Positions 1 to 7,548 of a stretch of 24,000 nucleotides of DNA are shown here, one piece after another. Below the pieces are notes generated by a model. The model was not told the origin of the DNA. It did not search any database and worked only from the letters and a program-made list of their open reading frames with translations. The position numbers were made by a program, and so were the translations under genes. How positions within the stretch are numbered: the first letter of the stretch is position 1; every line of letters begins with the position of its first letter. The stretch comes from Candidatus Saccharimonadales bacterium (GTDB lineage Bacteria; Patescibacteriota; Saccharimonadia; Saccharimonadales; JAGQMS01). The stretch lies in the NCBI GenBank assembly GCA_041740375.1, contig JBGSMB010000033.1, positions 16,739-40,738 of the forward strand. Reading direction: 5' to 3'.

Positions 1-72
1 CTGGATTTAGTTAGGCTTCGAGACTGGCTCCTCCCTATGCTCATGACAGGACAAGTGACAATAGGAGAATAA
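1..72 (+). CDS. 3' end (last 23 codons) of a probable type I restriction-modification specificity subunit (HsdS-like); partial, continues upstream of the window
   Basis: Frame 1 is open from the window edge to TAA at 70-72. The peptide LDLVRLRDWLLPMLMTGQVTIGE resembles the conserved C-terminal tail (..LLPxLxxGxxxx) of type I S subunits as I remember it. Too short for certainty. Confidence 0.45.
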   Translation: MDLVRLRDWLLPMLMTGQVTIGE

Positions 73-77
73 TTATT

Positions 78-2249
78 ATGAAGGCTACTCAACCCGATTC
101 AATTACTAAATTCATCAAGTCCAACGAACTTACCTTCGAAATACCTGTCTATCAAAGAAACTACGATTGGGATATTGAAAACTGTGAAAAGTTATTTGAA
201 GATGTACTTGAAGGTATTAGAAGTAAGCGAAAACACTACTTTGGAAACATAGTTTATTACGAAGCAGGTCGTGATCCTTTTTCAGGGTTTACTCGTTACA
301 TATTGATAGACGGACAACAACGTATAACTTCGGTCATGCTGCTACTCGCTGCCGTGCGTGATGAAGAAGAGGATGAGTCCAATAAAGCCAGACTTACTTC
401 TACATACCTAACCAATGAAAAAGCTGATGAGAACTTCCGAGTAAAACTTAAACAAGTAGAAACAGATAGAAATGTTTATGAAGCAATTGTTGAAGGACGC
501 ATGGAGGCCATTAATAAGAGTTCAACCATCTACAGAAACTATAATAAGTTCCGCAATCTTGTTAAATCCGCCAAGACTGGGCACGACTACACTTCAACCG
601 ATTTGCTTGAAGGCATCAATTATTTAGATATTATTGCAATTGATCTTGAATCTGAAAAAGAAGGTTCTGAATCACCACAAGTGATCTTTGAAAGTATCAA
701 TGCAACGGGTAAGGCACTTTCTGCAGCGGATCTCTTACGTAACTTCCTTCTTCTAGAGGTAGGGACGGATAAGCAGGAAGAGTATTACAAGAACTATTGG
801 CTAGTAATTGAAAAGAACGTTGGCAACGATAACATTAGTGATTTTATACGCCGATATCTTACTCTCGAAACTAATGAAGATATAAAACGAGACACTGAAT
901 ATAAAGAGTTCAAGAATAGCTACAAAGAGTATTTTACAGATGCCGAAGATGCCATAAAAAAACTAACGCATTATTCTAAATATTATCATTGGATAAAGCG
1001 ACCAGAAGCAGTCAGTAAAGAACACCCGAAAACTAGCCTTCTTTTGCAGGATCTGGACGACTTAAGAATGATACCTGCAACCCCAACAATTATGTGGCTA
1101 CTCGAAAAGGCAGATACTGCGCAAATGAGCTTTGATGAAGTAAATGACGTGTTTGATGTCATTGCATCATGGTCATTTAGGGCTCGTATCACCAACATTA
1201 TTAATACGGGTGAAATTGGTAATATCCTTACTACGAAGATTCTTGAATTTCTTAAGAATAAAGATAACGAAGACTCCTATGCAGACTATCTCTGGTTTGA
1301 ATTATCAAATTATCGTCTTCATGATATCTATCCAAGCGATGATATGTTTAGAGATGCATTCACTAGGTACGACTTCTATAAAAACTATAGAAGATACGTA
1401 CAGCAGAAATTATCGTCCTCAATATCACGAGATCAGACCGAAATTGTACTAGAGTCTATCGAGCATATAATGCCCCAGTCCATTAAACCAGATAAATGGC
1501 CGGGTATTTCAGCAGGCGAACATGTTGAATGGGTAAACACAATTGGCAACCTTACCCCACTCAATATGCCAGATAACCTAGATAATTCTAATCATTCATT
1601 TGCAGATAAAGTCGCAAATATTAAGAATTCAGATTGGCAGATAACTCGAGAAGTCGATACTGAAAATGGATGGAATATTGAATCGATACAAAAGAGAGGA
1701 AATAATCTTGCCGAAAAAGCAGTGTCTGTATGGAGATCCCCTAAGCAGCGCACACGAGATATTGAATTAGCTCGACGAGTAGGCAATATGGAGCGTGCTA
1801 AAAAGTATATAGAACTTATTAACGAACTAGAACTTCCATTTATTCAGATTGACGAAGAGCACTCAAACAATACCTACGTACGACTTACCACTGATTACAT
1901 GACCTCTTTAATCCCATCTATTGATAGAGACAAAGGACCTTGGAGAAGTGGTAGTGCATACTACTATGAATTCCAGAGTGAATCGACGAGTAACCGTGTA
2001 CGCATAAGCTTATCGTTTGGCGCAGATGCAGTTTCTGAAGAACAAACTGCTGGGCAAAAAGCAGTGATGGATTTTGTGAATAAGTATCCTCCTAAAAAGG
2101 ATTGGCTTTATTTTCGTCCTATAGGTTGGACTCTTAATCATGAAGATGGTGAAGAGACATTGAGGGATGAAGTATACAGAGTTTTATCAGAAGTAATACC
2201 TCGATTCGAGCAAGAACTAGACGATGCCGTTAAAGGGCATGTAGGCTAG
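78..2249 (+). CDS. GmrSD-like type IV (modification-dependent) restriction endonuclease family protein: DUF262 (ParB-like NTPase) + DUF1524 (His-Me finger nuclease) + ~150-aa C-terminal extension
   Basis: 723-aa ORF with AGGAGA at 63-68 upstream of ATG 78. N-terminal DUF262 motifs are FEIPVYQRNYDW and LIDGQQRITS. The DUF1524-type His-Me finger region is IEHIMPQS ... IGNLTPLN ... NSNHSF. It starts 5 nt after the hsdS-like stop. Confidence 0.85.
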   Translation: MKATQPDSITKFIKSNELTFEIPVYQRNYDWDIENCEKLFEDVLEGIRSKRKHYFGNIVYYEAGRDPFSGFTRYILIDGQQRITSVMLLLAAVRDEEEDESNKARLTSTYLTNEKADENFRVKLKQVETDRNVYEAIVEGRMEAINKSSTIYRNYNKFRNLVKSAKTGHDYTSTDLLEGINYLDIIAIDLESEKEGSESPQVIFESINATGKALSAADLLRNFLLLEVGTDKQEEYYKNYWLVIEKNVGNDNISDFIRRYLTLETNEDIKRDTEYKEFKNSYKEYFTDAEDAIKKLTHYSKYYHWIKRPEAVSKEHPKTSLLLQDLDDLRMIPATPTIMWLLEKADTAQMSFDEVNDVFDVIASWSFRARITNIINTGEIGNILTTKILEFLKNKDNEDSYADYLWFELSNYRLHDIYPSDDMFRDAFTRYDFYKNYRRYVQQKLSSSISRDQTEIVLESIEHIMPQSIKPDKWPGISAGEHVEWVNTIGNLTPLNMPDNLDNSNHSFADKVANIKNSDWQITREVDTENGWNIESIQKRGNNLAEKAVSVWRSPKQRTRDIELARRVGNMERAKKYIELINELELPFIQIDEEHSNNTYVRLTTDYMTSLIPSIDRDKGPWRSGSAYYYEFQSESTSNRVRISLSFGADAVSEEQTAGQKAVMDFVNKYPPKKDWLYFRPIGWTLNHEDGEETLRDEVYRVLSEVIPRFEQELDDAVKGHVG

Positions 2250-2258
2250 GATAAGCTC

Positions 2259-3737
2259 ATGATGACTTTATCTAAGTCTGACTACACAACCTATCTTAAA
2301 CACCCTGCATGGCTATGGATAAAGAAGCACGCTAAAACAATTCTCCCACCGATTGATCCTGCTACTCAGGCAATATTCGATACAGGTCATGAGTTTGAGC
2401 AATACGCCGAAGCCCTATTTCCCGGTGGAGTAACACTTGGATTTAATGACTACGACGAGTACTTATCTTTACCAGAAAGAACAACTCAAGCCCTCGACGA
2501 AGGTATGCATACTATCTTTCAAGGTAGATTTGAGCATGAACAGCTAACCTTTATCTGTGATGTTATTCAGGTGGTTGAAGGTAAAGAAGTGGATCTTATT
2601 GAGATTAAGTCCAGTACAAGCGCAAAACCAGAACACATTGTAGATTTGGCATTTCAATTAGTAGTGCTAGAAAAATGTGGATTCACTGTACGACAAATAG
2701 CGGTTATACACGTAAATAATCAATATGTACGCAACGGGACTATAGATCCAAAACAAATTACTGCTAGGACAGATGTTACGGAAAGCGTAAAAGCTATACG
2801 AGACTTTACTTTGCTAAAAATTGATGAAGCTTTGCAAGTCATAGCACTCACAGAATGTCCCGATGTATCACCGCTCAACGCAGTTTCAAAGTCGTTTGGA
2901 GAATGGCTAAATATCTACAAACATATTAAGAGCCCTAAGCAGGGCAGTATTTATGATCTATGCCAAATGGACGCTAAATCATTACAGAATCTTCTAGACA
3001 ACAACATCGCATTTATAAAAGATATCCCTGAAGATTTTGTACTTAAACCGAAACAAAGATTACAGGTTGAAGCGTTTCGTATGGGCGTACCAACAATTCA
3101 TAAAGATAAAATTAGTGAATTCCTAGAAACATTCACGTACCCACTTTACTATTTTGATTACGAGACGCTAGGAAGCCTCGTGCCGTATTTCGATGGTCTT
3201 AAACCATATCAACAGCTACCGTTTCAGTACTCACTGCATGTTTTAGAAAGTGCCGATTCAGAAATAAAACACTACGAGTATCTACATAAAGACAATTCTA
3301 ATCCTGCTAAACCATTAACGGAGGCATTGATGTCTCAGATAGGTGAAAGTGGTACTGTTATTACTTGGAATATGGGCTTTGAGAAGAGTTGTAATGCACT
3401 AATTGGGTCATTGCTACCTGAATATGCTGAGTTTTATGAAAAACTGAATGACCGAATCATGGACCTTATGACGCCTTTTTCTAAGAATTGGTATGTAGAT
3501 TCTGCATTTAAAGGAAGCGCTTCGATAAAATATGTATTACCAGCACTTATCCCCGAACTATCTCATAAGAATTTAGATATATCGGAAGGCGGTACTGCTC
3601 AACGATTATGGATGGAGGCTGTATTGGATGGTAAACGTGATGATGAAAAAGAAAAGATCCTAAGCGACTTAATAGAGTATTGTAAGCTAGATACCTTAGC
3701 GATGGTCGAGATCTACAGAAAATTGGTTTCGCTATGA
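2259..3737 (+). CDS. DUF2779 domain protein: N-terminal Cas4/RecB-like PD-(D/E)xK nuclease plus C-terminal RNase H-fold (DEDD-like) exonuclease
   Basis: 492-aa ORF, 9 nt after the upstream stop. DUF2779 hallmarks recalled from memory: LSKSDY..(L)WIKKH at the N-terminus, GHEFEQYAE, DLIEIKSST (D..ExK), YYFDYETL...KPYQQLPFQYSLH, GSASIKYVLPAL, YCKLDTLAMVEIY. Confidence 0.8.
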   Translation: MMTLSKSDYTTYLKHPAWLWIKKHAKTILPPIDPATQAIFDTGHEFEQYAEALFPGGVTLGFNDYDEYLSLPERTTQALDEGMHTIFQGRFEHEQLTFICDVIQVVEGKEVDLIEIKSSTSAKPEHIVDLAFQLVVLEKCGFTVRQIAVIHVNNQYVRNGTIDPKQITARTDVTESVKAIRDFTLLKIDEALQVIALTECPDVSPLNAVSKSFGEWLNIYKHIKSPKQGSIYDLCQMDAKSLQNLLDNNIAFIKDIPEDFVLKPKQRLQVEAFRMGVPTIHKDKISEFLETFTYPLYYFDYETLGSLVPYFDGLKPYQQLPFQYSLHVLESADSEIKHYEYLHKDNSNPAKPLTEALMSQIGESGTVITWNMGFEKSCNALIGSLLPEYAEFYEKLNDRIMDLMTPFSKNWYVDSAFKGSASIKYVLPALIPELSHKNLDISEGGTAQRLWMEAVLDGKRDDEKEKILSDLIEYCKLDTLAMVEIYRKLVSL

Positions 3738-4156
3738 AACCAGACATCTATCTTGATATCGACGGTGTGCTATTGGCGAACGACTTGAATCCCGCTAACC
3801 ATGCAAACGACTTCTTAAGATTTGTACTTAATAAGTATCCTGATACTACCTACTGGCTAACAACACATTGTCAGGGTGATGCTGACATACCTATTCAACA
3901 TATAGGTCATCTTTTCGAACCTGATGTCGTAGAACTCATGAAAAGGATTAAACCTACTACTTGGGACTTGGCGAAAACAAGAGCGATAGACTTCACAAAA
4001 CCGTTTTTATGGTTTGATGATGATATGTTCTATGAAGAAAAACAAGAACTAATGAAACACAATGTACTGGATAACTGGATAGAGGTTGATTTGTCTAAAG
4101 ATCCCGATCAACTTTCAAAGTTTCTGGCTAGCTTTCCAATACCTTCAAATATTTAA
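3734..4156 (+). CDS. Small HAD-superfamily phosphatase-like protein (140 aa)
   Basis: ATGA start/stop overlap with the DUF2779 gene (3734-3737). HAD motif I is YLDIDGVLL (DxDG). A Thr-containing motif II candidate is WLTTHC. The acidic motif IV is LWFDDDM. Substrate cannot be inferred. Confidence 0.7.
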   Translation: MKPDIYLDIDGVLLANDLNPANHANDFLRFVLNKYPDTTYWLTTHCQGDADIPIQHIGHLFEPDVVELMKRIKPTTWDLAKTRAIDFTKPFLWFDDDMFYEEKQELMKHNVLDNWIEVDLSKDPDQLSKFLASFPIPSNI

Positions 4157-4172
4157 CAGAAGCAAATATAAG

Positions 4173-4313
4173 CTATGAGTTAGCTCCAGTACTACCACTT
4201 TCGTCCTTGTTTACTCGTTTATCAATTTCAGCTAGTAGGGTAAAGAATTCTACTAGTGTTGCTATATCTTCTTCTGAGAGTTTCCTTTTTTCTGTAGGTT
4301 CTTCAATACTCAA
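4173..4313 (-). CDS. Hypothetical 46-aa protein translationally coupled to the T4SS coupling ATPase gene (TTG start)
   Basis: Not in the ORF track (too short). The minus strand reads GAAGGAG-TTACGTC-TTG, with the TTG overlapping the upstream TGA stop (TTGA). Peptide: MSIEEPTEKRKLSEEDIATLVEFFTLLAEIDKRVNKDESGSTGANS, ending at TAG 4173-4175. The SD plus stop/start overlap supports it. Short length and a non-ATG start limit confidence. Confidence 0.35.
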   Translation of the reverse strand: MSIEEPTEKRKLSEEDIATLVEFFTLLAEIDKRVNKDESGSTGANS

Positions 4314-6910
4314 GACGTAACTCCTTCTATCCGATGACTTTTTCGATTATTTTCATAAGTAACTCCGACTTTTTTATCGGGTGCTAATTTAGTCACGTCT
4401 TTGTCGCCTTTATCATTATCAACTACCACTGATCCGTATTTTTCTTGTGATAAGATTTTAATTCTACGCGCCATCTCTAGGTTAGATTCACTTGATAATA
4501 TTACAGTTCTACCAGAGATTGGCTCTTGGGCATTAATTGCAGATATGCGGGCGTAGAAATTATACGAAGGCAGATTAGATAACTCGTTCTCTTCAATGAA
4601 TGGTTTAAATAGTGGGAGTATCAGCCTCTCGTCGGCCGGGCTACCTGATCTAAAGGCTATAACCGTACCTACATTTGCTAGGATAATATCTACAAGTCTT
4701 TGCTCTACTTGTTGCTGGGTAGATTGTTCAGCCATTATAAGAAATAGCTTATACTTCCTCGCTTCAGATAACATCTGTACAAAACTCATAGTCGCGAAGT
4801 TCTGAAATTCATCTACGTATAAGTAGTAAGAACTGCGTTTGCTGTGTGTTTGCCTAGCACGTCTGAGTGAGGCTAGTTGCATCTTGGCTAGTATTGTTAC
4901 TCCGAACAACATAGAAGTATCTTCTCCGAGTAAACCTTTAGAGAAGTTACAGATTATGATCTTTTTTTCGTCCATGGCAGTATCAAAATTAACGGTAGAT
5001 TTATTTTGCTCTAGTATCCGTTTAGCACTTGCTGAAAACAGGAATCGACCAATCTTAGCAGTAATACCGGCTGCCATTTTAACTCTCTGATAATCACCAG
5101 CTTTACCTATCTCATTCTTCCAGAAGTTTTTAAGATCTTCATTCTCAAGATTATTAACTACACCTTTTCGGTACTTGGCATCATTTAGTAGTCTGAATAT
5201 TGTAAATAGATTTGCTTCTTCCATGGTAAGCGCAGTTTGAATGGTATTTCGGAGTACGTATTCAATGCGATGTCCACCGCTATCATCTTCAGAGAATATT
5301 TTACGTAACACCGATACCGTAGATTCAGTTACGATATCCTTCTCACGAAGTAACTCATCACCAGATATATGTTCAGGTAGCTCTAGTAGATTTATACCAA
5401 TTGGATGAGATAAGTCATCAGGATTAATGTAGATAACGTCCTTCATGCGTTCTTCCGGTATATAGCCTAGTAGTTCTTCAGCAAGATCTCCGTGTGGATC
5501 AATTACAGCCAGTCCCTTACCGGATTGTATATCCTGTACAATTTGGTATTTGAGCATGGTTGTTTTGCCGTTACCCGTACCACCAATAACATACATATGA
5601 CGTTGTCTTTCAGCCTCTGTTAGTCCAATCGGTGTTATTTGACCTTGATGATGGTTTTCACCAATAAGTACATCTAATTGAGTACCATTCTTGAGAGAGA
5701 TAGTTGCTGGTAACGTTTTTGCTAAGGATTTTACAACGTTTTCTATGTTGGCATGTTCGGAGTGGGGGAAGTGGTACATTCCTGCAAGTTCCTCACTAGA
5801 TAAATATATCGGGCGGAATACATCTCCCATAAGTCGTTTTCTAAACAGCCATACCTGAATTTTCTTTTGTACTTTAATGCGGTATCTTTTCGTTACCAGT
5901 CTTTGCAATTTCTCGTTTGCGTATAGGCTTACGGCACTCGCAATAGAATTAGCTCGCTCAGACGATTCTTTAGCGGAGTCTACATAAATGCAGGCACGGA
6001 TACTTGATGCAAAGTGCGGTTGATCAAGTTTCTTACTAATCTCATCTACCATCTCAAGTTCAAAGAAACTCAAAGAGCGTTCAGGTTTAACATGTTTACT
6101 AACTTCACTTTTCCTTTGAAGCTCTACATCTTTACGAGTGACATTGGGTTGTGTTTCGGGATGAAATATCATCGATACTGCATCCGCTAGTCCAAATAAC
6201 ACACTGCTAAATATTCTTCCTATAAACCCTAGTCCAACCGGCAACCTATGCCTATATTGATTGACCATCTCCTGATTAGCCAGTACCCTACGTTTTAAAC
6301 GCTTTGCCTCTTTTAATCTTCTTGGAGATACGCACACCTGATACATAACAAGTTCGTCCGTGCCTAGTTTTGTCATGGCACCCGTAATGTAGCTCATTGG
6401 ATCGTGGGTATCGTCCCTGTCGTATTTCATAAGAGGATACATGTAGTGGCTATTCTGTCTAAATCTAAGTATTCTAAAATTAGCTGCATTATAAGGTACT
6501 ATAGGATCATCAATAATTTTTGTCGCTACATCGGGTACGTGTGATGAAATGAGCCTACGAAACATATCAGCACCAGTTTCAGGTACTCTTGTAATAAACC
6601 TAATACCTTCTTTGCGGGTACTTACTATTTCAAGACTATAGAGAGAATTAATCCCCATTAATCTGTGTGTCAAACTGCGACTCAGCCCAAGGCCATGTAG
6701 TGCCCTCATAAGAGTTATATTTGCTTGTGGGTGCTTATTTCGAAATGCTGGAGGAATAAGCTCAATAACAACGTATGATTGTCTAAGATTATATATAAAA
6801 GCAGTTATTCTACGAATAATTACCATGATTAAACTACAAAGTAGAAATACCGCTAGAAAAAGGGCGATGTTTTTGGCTACAGATATAAAATCAGAAAGTT
6901 GGAACTGCAT
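4310..6910 (-). CDS. Type IV secretion coupling-protein-like ATPase (VirD4/TraG/TraD family) with a long N-terminal non-ATPase region
   Basis: 866-aa ORF. N-terminal TM helix IALFLAVFLLCSLIMVIIRRI. Walker A VIGGTGNGKTTML sits near residue 443. Walker B-type motif YYLYVDEFQNF. AAAGGAA precedes ATG 6910. It overlaps the M23 gene by 20 nt. Confidence 0.85.
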   Translation of the reverse strand: MQFQLSDFISVAKNIALFLAVFLLCSLIMVIIRRITAFIYNLRQSYVVIELIPPAFRNKHPQANITLMRALHGLGLSRSLTHRLMGINSLYSLEIVSTRKEGIRFITRVPETGADMFRRLISSHVPDVATKIIDDPIVPYNAANFRILRFRQNSHYMYPLMKYDRDDTHDPMSYITGAMTKLGTDELVMYQVCVSPRRLKEAKRLKRRVLANQEMVNQYRHRLPVGLGFIGRIFSSVLFGLADAVSMIFHPETQPNVTRKDVELQRKSEVSKHVKPERSLSFFELEMVDEISKKLDQPHFASSIRACIYVDSAKESSERANSIASAVSLYANEKLQRLVTKRYRIKVQKKIQVWLFRKRLMGDVFRPIYLSSEELAGMYHFPHSEHANIENVVKSLAKTLPATISLKNGTQLDVLIGENHHQGQITPIGLTEAERQRHMYVIGGTGNGKTTMLKYQIVQDIQSGKGLAVIDPHGDLAEELLGYIPEERMKDVIYINPDDLSHPIGINLLELPEHISGDELLREKDIVTESTVSVLRKIFSEDDSGGHRIEYVLRNTIQTALTMEEANLFTIFRLLNDAKYRKGVVNNLENEDLKNFWKNEIGKAGDYQRVKMAAGITAKIGRFLFSASAKRILEQNKSTVNFDTAMDEKKIIICNFSKGLLGEDTSMLFGVTILAKMQLASLRRARQTHSKRSSYYLYVDEFQNFATMSFVQMLSEARKYKLFLIMAEQSTQQQVEQRLVDIILANVGTVIAFRSGSPADERLILPLFKPFIEENELSNLPSYNFYARISAINAQEPISGRTVILSSESNLEMARRIKILSQEKYGSVVVDNDKGDKDVTKLAPDKKVGVTYENNRKSHRIEGVTS

Positions 6911-7547
6911 ATGTTCCTTTCGGTTCCCCAGTTAAAAAGATTCTTGGATTTACTGTGACACCATATACATAGACCATAAAATGTAGGTGTGGCCCGGTAG
7001 ATTCACCTGTGTTTCCCATATTGCCGATTAGATCACCTGGCTTTACTTCTGTACCAATAGCAAACTCCACCACGCTATCAAGGTGACAATATTGTGAGGA
7101 TATATTATTACCATGATCTAATCTGACTGATTTGCCACAGTCTCCGGCTGGGTCATTATCGACAATGACAATCTTACCTATAGAAAAAGGTGTTACTGGC
7201 TCACCACTTAACCCCCGCTCATTTGCTATATCAATACCACTATGAGGGCCAAGAAATCTATTTTTACGCCACAATTCCCAGGTACCAAATTCATCTGATA
7301 CATATCCGCGAGTAGGCCAAGTGCTAGATATTGGTAACTCCGCAACTTTTACGCCGTCGGGATTAAATATCTCGACCAATTTAGTTACAGGATTAACAGC
7401 AGCCAAAGCGTCGCCGACTAACTGTATGCCTGAACTAGCAACCACTACAACTGCAAAGGCAGGAAGTAGTATTAAAACTGCAAGCGTCGCTAGAACTATT
7501 TTTAGTTCAGTTTTGGATGATTTCAGTATCCAAAGGAAAATCCACAT
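6891..7547 (-). CDS. M23/LytM-family metallopeptidase (membrane-anchored peptidoglycan hydrolase of the T4SS operon)
   Basis: 218-aa ORF. N-terminal TM anchor IVLATLAVLILLPAFAVVVVA. Zinc-ligand motifs HSGIDIA (HxxxD) and GNTGESTGPHLHF (HxH). It starts 1 nt after the VirB4 stop. Confidence 0.9.
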   Translation of the reverse strand: MWIFLWILKSSKTELKIVLATLAVLILLPAFAVVVVASSGIQLVGDALAAVNPVTKLVEIFNPDGVKVAELPISSTWPTRGYVSDEFGTWELWRKNRFLGPHSGIDIANERGLSGEPVTPFSIGKIVIVDNDPAGDCGKSVRLDHGNNISSQYCHLDSVVEFAIGTEVKPGDLIGNMGNTGESTGPHLHFMVYVYGVTVNPRIFLTGEPKGTYAVPTF

Positions 7548-7548
7548 T

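Noticed and set aside
986-1786. Three track ORFs (986-1198 -, 1144-1452 +, 1592-1786 -) nested in the DUF262/DUF1524 gene
   Set aside because: They lie entirely inside a long ORF with clear domain motifs. Their translations are low-complexity or odd in composition, with no SD or promoter. They are typical shadow ORFs.
3547-3747. 66-aa minus-strand ORF overlapping the DUF2779/HAD junction
   Set aside because: It is antisense to two motif-bearing genes joined by an ATGA overlap. It has no initiation signals and no recognisable features.
4596-5090. Two plus-strand ORFs (69 and 83 aa) antisense to the coupling ATPase gene
   Set aside because: They fall within the conserved ATPase core of the 866-aa ORF on the other strand. 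They are shadow ORFs.
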